A stretch of 64,000 nt of DNA, from the NCBI GenBank assembly GCA_024742875.1, contig JANSXP010000013.1, positions 9,218 to 73,217 of the forward strand, given 5' to 3'. The notes under the pieces were generated by a model, which did not search any database, had not been told where the DNA came from, and worked only from the letters and a program-made list of their open reading frames with translations. This document shows positions 33,898 to 43,035 of this stretch, one piece after another (position 1 is the stretch's first letter; the number at the start of each line of letters is the position of its first letter). The stretch is from Planctomycetaceae bacterium. GTDB lineage: Bacteria > Planctomycetota > Planctomycetia > Planctomycetales > Planctomycetaceae. The translations under genes were made by a program, and so were the position numbers.

Positions 33898-35298
33898 ATG
33901 AATCCCTACACATCACGACGCCAGATGCTGTCCGCTGCAGGTGCCGGATTCGGCGCACTGCCACTGGCCGCTCTGCTGGCCGGTGAATCGGGCCGAAGTG
34001 AAAGTCCGACGGCCGCCAGGACACCCCATCGCCGCACCAAAGCGCTCAGTGTGATCTTCCTGTTTATGGAAGGCGGACCCAGTCACATCGATCTGTTTGA
34101 TCCCAAGCCGCTGCTGCGAAAACTGGCCGGTCAGTCTTTGCCGGATTCCTTCGACAAGCCTGTGACCGCTATGGGCGAAGTCAATTCGCCCCTGCTGGCC
34201 GATCAGCGAAAATGGCGTCAGCACGGAGAAAGCGGCCTGTGGGTTTCCGACTGGCTGCCGCATACCGCCCGCTGCATGGATGACCTGGCCGTGATTCGCT
34301 CGTGCTGGAGCAATGGCATCAATCATGCGGGTGGCGTGTGCTCCATGAACACCGGCTCACCGATTGCCGGTCGCCCCTCCCTGGGTGCCTGGGTGAATTA
34401 CGGGCTGGGCAGCGTGAATGACAATCTGCCCGCCTTTGTGGTCATGCAGGACACCAGCAGTCAGGTGGTGAATGGGGCCCGCAACTGGGGCACCGGCTTT
34501 ATGCCGGCCGTTTACCAGGGCACGCGTTTCAACACGTCCGGCACACCCATCTCCAACCTGTCGCGTCCGGAGCAGGAAGATTCGAACGCCCAGAATCGCA
34601 AATTGAAACTGCTGGACACTCTGAACGCACGGCACGCCAGCAGCCGACAGCAGCAGTCAGAGCTGGAAGCTCGCATTGCCGGGTACGAACTGGCGTTTCG
34701 GATGCAGTCGTCGGCTCCGGAAGCCGTGGATCTGGCGGCGGAAACAGCCACCACGCAGTCACTGTACGGCATGGACGCCAAAACCACCCGCACGTTTGGA
34801 CGCCAGTGCCTGCTGGCTCGACGACTGGTCGAACGCGGTGTGCGTTTTGTCCAGCTGTATCACGGAGCGGGCAGCAAATGGGATTCGCACGCGGGGATTG
34901 AAAAAAATCACAGCTACCTGTGCGCTCAGACGGACAAATGTGTGGCCGGCCTGCTGCAGGATCTGAAACAGCGGGGACTATTGGACACCACACTGGTGAT
35001 CTGGGGGGGCGAATTTGGTCGCACGCCCATGAGTGAAAAAGGAGATGGTCGCGACCACAACCCGACGGGATTCACAATGTGGATGGCGGGCGGCGGTGTG
35101 GCGGGTGGTCGCACGATTGGCAGCACGGACGAACTGGGCCTGCACGCGGTGGAAGATCGCCTGCACGTACATGACCTGCACAGCACCATCATGTGGCTGA
35201 TGGGCCTGAATCATCGAGAGGTCGTCTATTACGACAAGGGTCGGCCGGAACGCATCGATCAGAACGAAGGCACGCCGTACACGAAGATCGTCGGCTGA
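33898..35298 (+). CDS. DUF1501 domain protein (sulfatase-fold), Tat-exported
   Basis: 466-aa ORF. Twin-arginine signal SRRQMLSAAGAG. Motifs FLFMEGGPSHIDLFDPKP and GGEFGRTP...DGRDHN. This family is the usual partner of DUF1553 genes. Confidence 0.88.
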   Translation: MNPYTSRRQMLSAAGAGFGALPLAALLAGESGRSESPTAARTPHRRTKALSVIFLFMEGGPSHIDLFDPKPLLRKLAGQSLPDSFDKPVTAMGEVNSPLLADQRKWRQHGESGLWVSDWLPHTARCMDDLAVIRSCWSNGINHAGGVCSMNTGSPIAGRPSLGAWVNYGLGSVNDNLPAFVVMQDTSSQVVNGARNWGTGFMPAVYQGTRFNTSGTPISNLSRPEQEDSNAQNRKLKLLDTLNARHASSRQQQSELEARIAGYELAFRMQSSAPEAVDLAAETATTQSLYGMDAKTTRTFGRQCLLARRLVERGVRFVQLYHGAGSKWDSHAGIEKNHSYLCAQTDKCVAGLLQDLKQRGLLDTTLVIWGGEFGRTPMSEKGDGRDHNPTGFTMWMAGGGVAGGRTIGSTDELGLHAVEDRLHVHDLHSTIMWLMGLNHREVVYYDKGRPERIDQNEGTPYTKIVG

Positions 35299-35321
35299 TC
35301 CTGTCGCCTGGGAAACAGCCT

Positions 35322-35918
35322 TCAGTCACCCGCAGCATCCTGCGAATCATCGACGGCCGCACCAGGAATGATGTCGGCGGCCGAAAACCGCGATGGCACA
35401 CGGTCTGCCAGTTCGACAAACACCCACTCCAGCGGTGCTCGCGATTTGCCGGCCGTACAGCCGTCAATAATGCAGAACGCACAGAACAGCGACCAGTCGG
35501 AAATGGCGTCCACCAGGGCATCGAATCGCTCGGGGTTGCACGCGCCTTTGCCCCGCACCTGTCGCCAGAGGGCATATGGCTCATCGTGATACTGCACCAT
35601 CACAGCCAGCGCTTCGTCGTCGCAGAACTCTTCCAGAAACCGGCGCGCCAGTGAGGCGTGACTGTTCGGATGGACAATGGCCAGACCCGCCTGGGCGTCG
35701 GGCTTAAACGTGTCGTGCACATGAATCAGCAGCCGCAGTTTGTCGCACTCCTGTTCGGACAGCTGCGGACGCAGGGTGTTGAGATTGTCTTCCAGTTCGG
35801 CAATGTGCGCAGCAATCGATCCCTCCGGATGACCGGGCCGCGCCTGTCCCCACGAAAGGTTGGTCTGATAGCGTTCATCCGCCTGAATGCGGCTGAGAAT
35901 GTGTTTGAGATCTTTCAT
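35322..35918 (-). CDS. Hypothetical protein, possible HD-superfamily phosphohydrolase
   Basis: 198-aa ORF with ATG at 35916-35918 and GGAG about 8-11 nt upstream. H...HD pattern (GHPEGSIAAHI ... LLIHVHDTFK). Weak family call. Confidence 0.5.
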   Translation of the reverse strand: MKDLKHILSRIQADERYQTNLSWGQARPGHPEGSIAAHIAELEDNLNTLRPQLSEQECDKLRLLIHVHDTFKPDAQAGLAIVHPNSHASLARRFLEEFCDDEALAVMVQYHDEPYALWRQVRGKGACNPERFDALVDAISDWSLFCAFCIIDGCTAGKSRAPLEWVFVELADRVPSRFSAADIIPGAAVDDSQDAAGD

Positions 35919-36059
35919 TGTTGATACTCCATTATGATGATTGTTGTTCGCAATTCGCGAGCAGGCCGGACGCCGTCAGCACACGCTGCCGGCATCGAGC
36001 TCCACAGACGGCCTCGGGGAGGGCCCCTGGCGAGACGCGGCAACACGAGGCAGGGCGGT

Positions 36060-36109
36060 CACGCTGTGATGCGACAGCAATGAGTCGCCGCCACACAGTG
36101 ATGCGACAG
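36060..36109 (-). promoter_or_regulatory. Pair of 18-bp direct repeats (candidate operator) upstream of the 35322..35918 gene
   Basis: CACGCTGTGATGCGACAG (36060-36077) and CACACAGTGATGCGACAG (36092-36109) match at 16 of 18 positions and share a perfect 12-mer core, GTGATGCGACAG. Period is 32 bp. They lie about 140-190 bp upstream of the ATG at 35918. Confidence 0.25.
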
Positions 36110-36258
36110 GCTGACCTGTGCGTCTGGGGGCGAGCGCTGCGCGGGAAGGCGGTCCGCGGCAGGGGCTCGCAGAGTCGTCAGGGCCATTCTGACCGGATGA
36201 CGTTGCAGCGTGCCTCGCGCTCACAGACACGCGGACCGCAGGGTGGTTCGCCGTTCTA

Positions 36259-36960
36259 TCAGCCGCGAATGTCCACAGAGCGTTTCACCTCATACATCAG
36301 CAGACTGCCCGCCACTCCGGCATTCAGCGAGTCGACGGTCGCGTCCATGGGGATGCGGACGCGCTGCGAACACAGGGCCGACAGACGCGGCTGCAGACCA
36401 CGGCGTTCGTCACCAACGGCGATCAGGCAGCCACGGGGATAGGCTGTCTGATGAAACAGCGTGTCGGCATTTGGCACAGCACCCACCAGAGTGCGGCGGT
36501 GCTGACCGAGCCAGTCGCCAAGTTCCCGCACATCGGTGCGGACAATCGTCTGCCGAAAAAACGCACCCATCGACGCGCGAATCACGGCCCCGTCAAACGC
36601 GTCCAGGTGTCGTCCCACCACGATCAAACCGCCACCGCCAACGGCCGCCAGCGTGCGCAGCATCGTTCCCAGATTTCCGGGCGACTGCATCGACTCGACC
36701 ACCAGCCAGCACACGGCTGTCGTCTGCACAATGTCCGCCAGTGAGGACGTTCCGCTGGGCAGCACGCAGGCAATTCCGGACGCCTGCCTTGTCTTTGACA
36801 GACGACGAAACTGCTCGGGGGAAATTTCTGTAACGATAGTCCCGTCACGGCGAGCGTGACGCACGAGTTTCTGCGCGAGCGCTGACCGCAGCAGCACCGG
36901 GCTCACAATGATCTGATCGATCGATCGGCCTGCATCCGCCGCCGCGACGAAGTTCCGCAC
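36259..36960 (-). CDS. SpoU/TrmH family RNA 2'-O-methyltransferase
   Basis: 233-aa ORF with GTG at 36958-36960 and an in-frame stop 30 nt upstream. Motifs SPGNLGTMLRT, AVGDERRGL and RIPMDATVDSLNAGVAGSLLMYE. Confidence 0.85.
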   Translation of the reverse strand: MRNFVAAADAGRSIDQIIVSPVLLRSALAQKLVRHARRDGTIVTEISPEQFRRLSKTRQASGIACVLPSGTSSLADIVQTTAVCWLVVESMQSPGNLGTMLRTLAAVGGGGLIVVGRHLDAFDGAVIRASMGAFFRQTIVRTDVRELGDWLGQHRRTLVGAVPNADTLFHQTAYPRGCLIAVGDERRGLQPRLSALCSQRVRIPMDATVDSLNAGVAGSLLMYEVKRSVDIRG

Positions 36961-37254
36961 ACCTTCTATAAAAACTGCGCCCTGTGCTCACGCTCCCTGC
37001 GAGAGTCCCGTAGCTGCAGCAATCTGCGAATGGTGTCTTCACGCATAACCTCCTGCGGTCGGGCCGCAGCACAAAGTCAGGAAGCCGCCAAACCGTCGCC
37101 TGCGGCGCCAACCCAATCGCCCGCAGGGCGGCCGGGTTTGCAGTCCACGACAGACCTGACGCAGTCAGGTTCGCTACTTTCTGGCGTATTCACGTTCGCT
37201 GATTCCTCCAGTCGGAGTTGTTGGGGCTTATCAATGGCCGTCTGCCGCTGCATT

Positions 37255-37749
37255 TCAACGCGTGATCTCAAATTCTGTCAGCTGATCCGTCGACAGGTCC
37301 AGCAGCGCCACGGTCCACGGGTTGGCCCGATGCAGGGCGCCCGGATTGATGCAGCGAATGCCGTCATTGTCCCAGTCGATGGCCGCATGAGAATGACCGC
37401 TGAGCAGGTAATCAGGCCGGGCGGCCCGCAGAGGACGCATCTCACCAGCCAGATGACCATGAGAGACACCAATCCGCTTTCCGGACAGCTCGATTTCTCC
37501 GCCCCACCCCAGACACGTCACGCCGTGCTGCCTGGCCGCATGCTCCAGTTCCGGCACGACATCAGCGTCGTGGTTGCCAAAGACGAAATAACAGGGAAGG
37601 ACACTGCAGACCGTCACAATCTCGGGCGATGCCAGATCTCCACAGTGCACCAGCGCATCAGCGCCGGCATTCGCCAGCAGCTGAACGGCCCGCTGCGTGC
37701 GCTCGATTTGATTGTGTGTGTCGGAGAGAATACCCAGCTTCACCAGCAA
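37255..37749 (-). CDS. YfcE/MJ0936-type metallophosphoesterase
   Basis: 164-aa ORF with calcineurin-like motifs ILSDTH, HCGDL, GNHD and GHSH. Confidence 0.85.
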   Translation of the reverse strand: MLVKLGILSDTHNQIERTQRAVQLLANAGADALVHCGDLASPEIVTVCSVLPCYFVFGNHDADVVPELEHAARQHGVTCLGWGGEIELSGKRIGVSHGHLAGEMRPLRAARPDYLLSGHSHAAIDWDNDGIRCINPGALHRANPWTVALLDLSTDQLTEFEITR

Positions 37750-37785
37750 CCTTTGCGAAACAACAATGGGCGGCCGGTCGCCAGA

Positions 37786-38256
37786 TTACTGCCGAATCGT
37801 GTTGATGTCGATGCGTTCGAACTGCGACCAGCGGATGCGGGTCTGGTCACCACCGATCATCTGCACTGTGGTCGTGATGGAGGACTCGTACACGCTCAGC
37901 AGATGCACCGGGTGGTCACCGTCACCCCGCACCACATGCACTGCCCGACCGGCGGCAGCAGCCAGCCCCGTGGCGTCCTTTCCGCTGTCAGGCCGCTGCA
38001 GCAGCCGTTCGTAGTGTGCCAGCACTTTGTCGGCCGTGTCTGGAGTGACGAAACTGGTGCGACAGTGCAGCGACACACACGTGCGATCGCCGGACGCATT
38101 GACGGTCGCTCCGTCCTGCATGGTGGCGGGCCCCATCTCGGCATCGGGATACCGCCAGGGTTCGATCCGCTGCAACAGGGTTTTCGATTCGGGAGGCTGC
38201 CCGACACAGGGAATTACGGTCAGCAGTGCGGAGAGAGTCAGCAGACTGGTGGGCAT
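37786..38256 (-). CDS. Hypothetical secreted protein
   Basis: 156-aa ORF with an N-terminal signal (MPTSLLTLSALLTVIPCVG). No recognisable domain. Confidence 0.5.
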   Translation of the reverse strand: MPTSLLTLSALLTVIPCVGQPPESKTLLQRIEPWRYPDAEMGPATMQDGATVNASGDRTCVSLHCRTSFVTPDTADKVLAHYERLLQRPDSGKDATGLAAAAGRAVHVVRGDGDHPVHLLSVYESSITTTVQMIGGDQTRIRWSQFERIDINTIRQ

Positions 38257-38311
38257 TCTGATATTCCTGTTTGAAAGACGCGGTGGATCTTCATCTGTAC
38301 GAACGGCCGTT

Positions 38312-38878
38312 TCAAGGCGACCTGGGGCGCAGCAGCCAGTGAACCAGCAGCAGCCCGGCCAGCAGAGGGAGATAACGAATTCCTGCGCGCACGTGCATCA
38401 GCCGATCCATCTGCGCGGTGCGGACACGATCTGCCCGCACCATCAGCCAGCCGGGGTGACCGGTGACCGACGCGTGATGATCAGACCGACGGGGAGCCGG
38501 GTTGCGAAAAATGTGCTGCCAGTCGCACTGCGTGTAACTGGAGTCCCAGCGTGCGAGCTGGAAATCGAACCCGGAGCGGGGCGGTTTGGTCGGCGCAAGA
38601 CTGGACGCCCCACGGCGTGCCGGCCTCCCGGTGGATTCCCACGAGATGTTGACACCCAGATGATCTGTGAACAGTCCGAGTCGCCACATTCCTGAGTTCA
38701 CCTGCACAGAAACATGCGTGAACCGTGACAGCAGCCAGCAGCTGAGCACAGACGACAGACAAACACCGGCCAGAAGGCGGCCCGTCCATCGAAGCCGGGA
38801 CTGCCACGCAGCGCGGCGTTCGAGTCGCTGGCGGTCACGCGCGGCCTGCTCCCGTGCGGCCCAGTCGACGGCCGTCAT
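38312..38878 (-). CDS. Hypothetical membrane protein (TM helix near each end)
   Basis: 188-aa ORF whose ATG at 38876-38878 overlaps the kinase stop (ATGA). TM helices LLAGVCLSSVLSCWLL and YLPLLAGLLLVHWLL. Confidence 0.5.
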   Translation of the reverse strand: MTAVDWAAREQAARDRQRLERRAAWQSRLRWTGRLLAGVCLSSVLSCWLLSRFTHVSVQVNSGMWRLGLFTDHLGVNISWESTGRPARRGASSLAPTKPPRSGFDFQLARWDSSYTQCDWQHIFRNPAPRRSDHHASVTGHPGWLMVRADRVRTAQMDRLMHVRAGIRYLPLLAGLLLVHWLLRPRSP

Positions 38879-39378
38879 CGATCCAGCTCCGCAGTCAGAC
38901 GCCCCATGCTCACAGCCGGTGAGACGCCGGCTGTGTCAATCATGATGCGATCGGTGGTCCACGCTTCGTAGTGCCGCGAGGTGACATCCGACCAGGCGGG
39001 CAGCCGCAGGTTTTCAATGTCCGCAGCACGCGATTCCACCCGTCGCCGATGTTCCGTTTCACACGAACAGCAAACTTCAATATCCACGCAGTCCGCGCCG
39101 CATTCCGCAGCCACATGATGCCATTGCTGCCGGGTGAGCGCGATCGGGTTGCACAAATCCGCCACCACATCGACGCCCAGCCGCAGGCTGTCGGCCGCCA
39201 CACGGTACGCCAGCTGATAACCTTCGCTGGTAACGCTCACATCACACACATCACGCAGCGCCTGCTCGATCGTGTCGATGCGTACGTAAGCCGCCAGCCG
39301 GTGGGCGGCCAGCAGCCGGGCCAGCGTTGTCTTGCCGGTGCCTGGCAGACCGGAGAACACAAACAACTGCGGCCTCAT
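38875..39378 (-). CDS. P-loop kinase (AAA_33-like)
   Basis: ORF 38875..39426 trimmed to ATG at 39376-39378, which overlaps the upstream stop (ATGA). Walker A GLPGTGKTT sits at the N-terminus. About 167 aa, the size of a small kinase fold. Confidence 0.7.
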   Translation of the reverse strand: MRPQLFVFSGLPGTGKTTLARLLAAHRLAAYVRIDTIEQALRDVCDVSVTSEGYQLAYRVAADSLRLGVDVVADLCNPIALTRQQWHHVAAECGADCVDIEVCCSCETEHRRRVESRAADIENLRLPAWSDVTSRHYEAWTTDRIMIDTAGVSPAVSMGRLTAELDR

Positions 39379-39881
39379 GGACTGGCCTCCGCCATGGCCT
39401 GATCCACCCGATCGCACCGTTGCCATAAGCGATGACAGACCTCAACGACCAGCACGGCAGCAGCCATCAGCCAGACCACCTTATGTTCGAGATACACAAA
39501 CGTATAAGTCACCCCGGCCGCGGGATCATAACAAAATCCCAGCCCGGGTCCGTGCCAAACACGGGCCCCTGGTGTTTCCAGATCGTCTGCAGCCGTCTCT
39601 CGCAGATCTTCGAGCACACTCGCCTGATTGAAATGCTGGACGTCCGCCTCCCAGCCAATGGGCATTGCGAGGCTGACCCGTCGCACGTCGCACACCCAGA
39701 CACACTCGTCCAGCACGACGCTGACAAATCCGAAGGGCCCCTGCAGCAGAACGGTCGTGACTCTCTCAGCGCGCATGGAGGCGGCCAGCGACAAGCCGGC
39801 GATCAGCATGATGCTCAGCCGCATCAGGTACCACGCGACCCGACACGTCCGTCGCGCCATTGTCGCTGCATTCATCGTCAT
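39375..39881 (-). CDS. Hypothetical membrane protein (TM helix near each end)
   Basis: 168-aa ORF with ATG at 39879-39881. TM helices LMRLSIMLIAGLSLAA and VVWLMAAAVLVVEV. No recognisable domain. Confidence 0.5.
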   Translation of the reverse strand: MTMNAATMARRTCRVAWYLMRLSIMLIAGLSLAASMRAERVTTVLLQGPFGFVSVVLDECVWVCDVRRVSLAMPIGWEADVQHFNQASVLEDLRETAADDLETPGARVWHGPGLGFCYDPAAGVTYTFVYLEHKVVWLMAAAVLVVEVCHRLWQRCDRVDQAMAEASP

Positions 39882-39938
39882 CTCCTCATCTGACGTGTGG
39901 CCGCTGTGAAGCAGAAAATCCGGCTCCGGCCGTCTGGA

Positions 39939-40364
39939 TCAGTCAGCCACTTCGCCACGCAAAATCTCCAGCCGATTGGCGGGTGCATCGGGCGCCAGAA
40001 AATCGGGAATCGTGCGATCGGTACGCCGCGGCCGGGACAAAAACTCGACCGGCCACTCGGTCACCCGCTCTGTTTTGACATGCCGGAAAACGCCCGGCTG
40101 CGGCTCGTCGAGATATTCCCGCTGCAGGATCAGGGCCAGCGGCTCCTCGGCCCCCTCCGAATTCAAATAGCAGTCCAGCGCGTCGCGGTAAGCGGCAAAC
40201 ACATAATAGTAATCGTCGCCATCCGCCTCATCGGGCGCCCCGTCATGCGGATGCATCCACACACGATACTCGAGCACCTCGTCCCACACATAACCGCCAC
40301 CAGCATGTTGCAGAGCGTCAAATGTGCCCACCAGACTTTCATCCATCACCGCTGGATACGTCAT
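39939..40364 (-). CDS. Hypothetical acidic cytoplasmic protein
   Basis: 141-aa ORF whose ATG at 40362-40364 overlaps the oxygenase stop (ATGA). I could not place it in a family. Confidence 0.55.
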   Translation of the reverse strand: MTYPAVMDESLVGTFDALQHAGGGYVWDEVLEYRVWMHPHDGAPDEADGDDYYYVFAAYRDALDCYLNSEGAEEPLALILQREYLDEPQPGVFRHVKTERVTEWPVEFLSRPRRTDRTIPDFLAPDAPANRLEILRGEVAD

Positions 40365-40990
40365 CTGACGGCCTTTGCAGAAGTCGTCTGGCCGTCCGCC
40401 AGCTGATACATCAGATCAGAACGACACACATATTTGGTGCCGCTGGTGACGAGGCTGCCTTCGTGCACGATCGGATGCTGAAACAGCAGCCCCATGCCGG
40501 TCTGCGGCTTAATCTCCACTTCCGGTTCGGTCAGGAAGGTGGTCGCGCCACCTTCAAACTCGTCATTCAGATAGATCAAAAATGAGTAGCAGCTCCACTC
40601 CGATTCACTGCGACGAAACGACCCGTCGGTGTGCGGCATGAACCGCGTCCCCGGACGATAGCGCAGGCAGCGAAATCGCTCATTGACTCCCACCAGCGAC
40701 ATGCCATGAATGGTCGCACTGGCGCGCGGTCGGATGCGCTCCAGCAGATCATCGGCCAGCGCCTGATCGTCAAACATCACGCGTTCGTTGCTGCGAATTT
40801 TGCGGTTCACGCGCGTGCCATCCAGCGTGTTGATGGGGGCGATTTCCGGCTTGAGTGATTCCACCCGATCAATCATGGCGCGGCACTCCGCGGGCGACAT
40901 GAGATCTGGAATTTTGATGATGTAAGGTCGCTCCGTGTCGACATCGTGCGTCAAGGCGGGCCTCCCGGTTGTGCTCAATTCTGTGCTCAA
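40361..40990 (-). CDS. 2OG-Fe(II) oxygenase, prolyl 4-hydroxylase-like
   Basis: 209-aa ORF. TTG at 40988-40990 overlaps the ankyrin stop, and ATG alternatives lie downstream. Facial triad PHTDG ... VHEG and a basic residue in KYVCRSD. Confidence 0.8.
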   Translation of the reverse strand: MSTELSTTGRPALTHDVDTERPYIIKIPDLMSPAECRAMIDRVESLKPEIAPINTLDGTRVNRKIRSNERVMFDDQALADDLLERIRPRASATIHGMSLVGVNERFRCLRYRPGTRFMPHTDGSFRRSESEWSCYSFLIYLNDEFEGGATTFLTEPEVEIKPQTGMGLLFQHPIVHEGSLVTSGTKYVCRSDLMYQLADGQTTSAKAVR

Positions 40991-41556
40991 ATCTGTGCGT
41001 CGATCGATCGCAGAAAATCGATGGCCCCCGTGTTGCCGCTGTCGAGCGCGATGGCCAGGGGCGTCTGCTGATTTTCGTTGCGACGATCGTTCTTGTCTGC
41101 GCCAGCTTCGACGAGAATTCGGAGCGTCATGGCATACTCAGCCTCTTCCCCTTCGCCACAACCAGAACCGCCCCAGGCGGCCGCATACATCGCATCCAGC
41201 GATGTGGGATAAGCGCCATGGTCAAGCAGATAACGAATCGTCTCTACGCGAGCGTTGTTCGCCGCCCAGGACAGCACAGAGCGATACCAGTTGGCACCGC
41301 TGGCGTTCACATCGGCCCCCAGTTCGATCAGTCTTGCCACCAGACGCAGTTTGCCGTCATTGGCCGCATAGTGCAGGGCCGTGCTGCCTTTGATAAATGG
41401 CCGACCCTGCCTGTCGGGTCCGGGCCACGTCAATGTGGCCAGTTCGGGATGCGCGTTCAGAATGTCGATCGCTTCCTGCTCGCGATCCTGGTCGTATTTG
41501 GTGTCCAGAAGCCGATAGAACGGACTGTCCGGTGCATAAGACGTGGCATCAGTCAT
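40987..41556 (-). CDS. Ankyrin repeat protein
   Basis: 189-aa ORF with ATG at 41554-41556. ANK units GSTALHYAANDGKLRLVARLIELGADVNA, SVLSWAANNARVETIRYLLDHGA and TPLAIALDSGNTGAIDFLRS. Confidence 0.85.
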   Translation of the reverse strand: MTDATSYAPDSPFYRLLDTKYDQDREQEAIDILNAHPELATLTWPGPDRQGRPFIKGSTALHYAANDGKLRLVARLIELGADVNASGANWYRSVLSWAANNARVETIRYLLDHGAYPTSLDAMYAAAWGGSGCGEGEEAEYAMTLRILVEAGADKNDRRNENQQTPLAIALDSGNTGAIDFLRSIDAQI

Positions 41557-42427
41557 CGCAGCAGGTTTCTACAAAGCGGTCGATCGTGTGCAGGACCCAT
41601 TGTTCATCCGTCAACAGGGGAATCAAGTGCTGCGGGACCGCCTTGCTGCCGGCTGCCGTACCGATCATCTGACCGCAAATCGAACCGATCGTGTCGGTGT
41701 CACCACCTCCCCGGACGATGTCTTTGATGGTCGACAGAAAGGATGTGGAATCGGCGGCATGCAGCAGCGCCAGCGGAACGGAATCCACCACATATCCGCC
41801 GCCGCCAAACCGAGACACATACTCAGACGTCTTGAGCCGCATGGCCTCGCGCATCCGGTCTCGGGTCCGTGAATCCGGCAACCGCTCGGCAGCCGCATGC
41901 AGCAGCGGCCGGTCGAGAGGCTCTCCGGCCAGCAGACGCCGCAGCACCCGCACCACCAGCAGCGCTCCCACATAGGCCTCTTCATGGCGATGCGTGATCT
42001 GACAGACATCGTAGATGACACGTCGCTGTCGCTCATCCTCCGGATCCAGCAGAAAGGCCAGGGGAGCAATCCGCATGGCGGCCCCGTTGCCGGCGGCGTA
42101 CTCACCCACCGCGCCGGCCAGCGCCCAGTGCATGCCGGCTGCCAGTTCGGTCAGGGCTTTCAACGTACTGCTGCCCAGGCCCGCGATACCACCACGCTGA
42201 AACAGGCCAGCCATTTCCGCCGCGATCGCCTCCGGCTCGACGGCCTTTGCCTCATTGATCGCCGCGCAGGTCGCCAGGGTCAGCTGCGTGTCATCTGTCA
42301 AATCCAGCTGCGGTGGAATCACAAACTCGGCTTCCGGCCGACCCTCGTAGCGGGCGCCTAGAGCATCACCCAGCGCGCCACCCAGTAAACAGCCGCGAAC
42401 GCGATCTGACAGGCGGACAGATTTCAT
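41549..42427 (-). CDS. ADP-ribosylglycohydrolase family protein
   Basis: ORF 41549..42529 trimmed to ATG at 42425-42427, which overlaps the upstream stop (ATGA). N-terminus RVRGCLLGGALGDALG and C-terminal GGDTDTIG metal motif. Confidence 0.85.
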   Translation of the reverse strand: MKSVRLSDRVRGCLLGGALGDALGARYEGRPEAEFVIPPQLDLTDDTQLTLATCAAINEAKAVEPEAIAAEMAGLFQRGGIAGLGSSTLKALTELAAGMHWALAGAVGEYAAGNGAAMRIAPLAFLLDPEDERQRRVIYDVCQITHRHEEAYVGALLVVRVLRRLLAGEPLDRPLLHAAAERLPDSRTRDRMREAMRLKTSEYVSRFGGGGYVVDSVPLALLHAADSTSFLSTIKDIVRGGGDTDTIGSICGQMIGTAAGSKAVPQHLIPLLTDEQWVLHTIDRFVETCCDD

Positions 42428-43020
42428 CGCACAACGGTCGTTCGGTAGGGGGTGTGGTGATAGTACTTCGGACGACTGTCCAGACGCACGTGCAGCCACG
42501 CCACACCGCCGCCGGCCGTGTTGAGCCACACGGGCGGATCCCCCGTGTACTGTGACATCAATCCGCCAATGGTCCGCCAGAAGGCGTTGGTCTGCGCGGT
42601 GGTGGCTGTGCGGAGGAACGCAGCGATGTGGCCGAAATCGTCTGCCGGCGCCAGCGGCGAAGGAACCACCATCTGCGCATCGCCACTCAGGTTGGCAAAT
42701 GCCACGACGCCCTCGTTTCGCGCCGAGTCAAACTTCTCGGCGAACGTCTGCCGATCGGAACGACGGCGGGCGAAAGCAGGCGTGTCGATCACGACAAACT
42801 CAGCCGGGGCAAGTCGTGAAGTGGGTGTCAGCGCGGGCATCTCCCAGCGAAACGCGGAAAACGGACTGGCGGCCAGCAGCTTCGTGAACTCGCAACAGAA
42901 CGCCGGATCAAAAGACCAGCGGTCGATCAAATCGACGAACGTCAGCGGTCGGCCCTGTTGTTCGAGCGTGTAACGCTGCACGCGAGAAGAGATTTGCGTG
43001 ATCTGGGGGCAAATGGTCAT
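42424..43020 (-). CDS. Hypothetical protein (unplaced family)
   Basis: 198-aa ORF with ATG at 43018-43020 and coding-like composition. Conserved-looking segments FRWEMPALTP, VVAFANLSGDAQMVVPSP and WLNTAGGGVAWLHVRLDSRPKYYHH. I cannot name the family. Confidence 0.55.
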   Translation of the reverse strand: MTICPQITQISSRVQRYTLEQQGRPLTFVDLIDRWSFDPAFCCEFTKLLAASPFSAFRWEMPALTPTSRLAPAEFVVIDTPAFARRRSDRQTFAEKFDSARNEGVVAFANLSGDAQMVVPSPLAPADDFGHIAAFLRTATTAQTNAFWRTIGGLMSQYTGDPPVWLNTAGGGVAWLHVRLDSRPKYYHHTPYRTTVVR

Positions 43021-43035
43021 ACGATGAGATCGCGA

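Noticed and set aside
35918-36833. Plus-strand ORFs 35918..36442 (174 aa) and 36210..36833 (207 aa)
   Set aside because: They are extremely Arg/Pro/Ser-rich. The second is antisense to the SpoU/TrmH gene, and the first covers the non-coding gap. No start context or domain was seen, so the gap is better treated as regulatory DNA.
37030-38274. 414-aa plus-strand ORF
   Set aside because: It is antisense to the YfcE phosphoesterase (clear DTH/GDL/GNHD/GHSH motifs) and to the secreted protein gene. Its sequence is low-complexity and Arg/Gln-rich.
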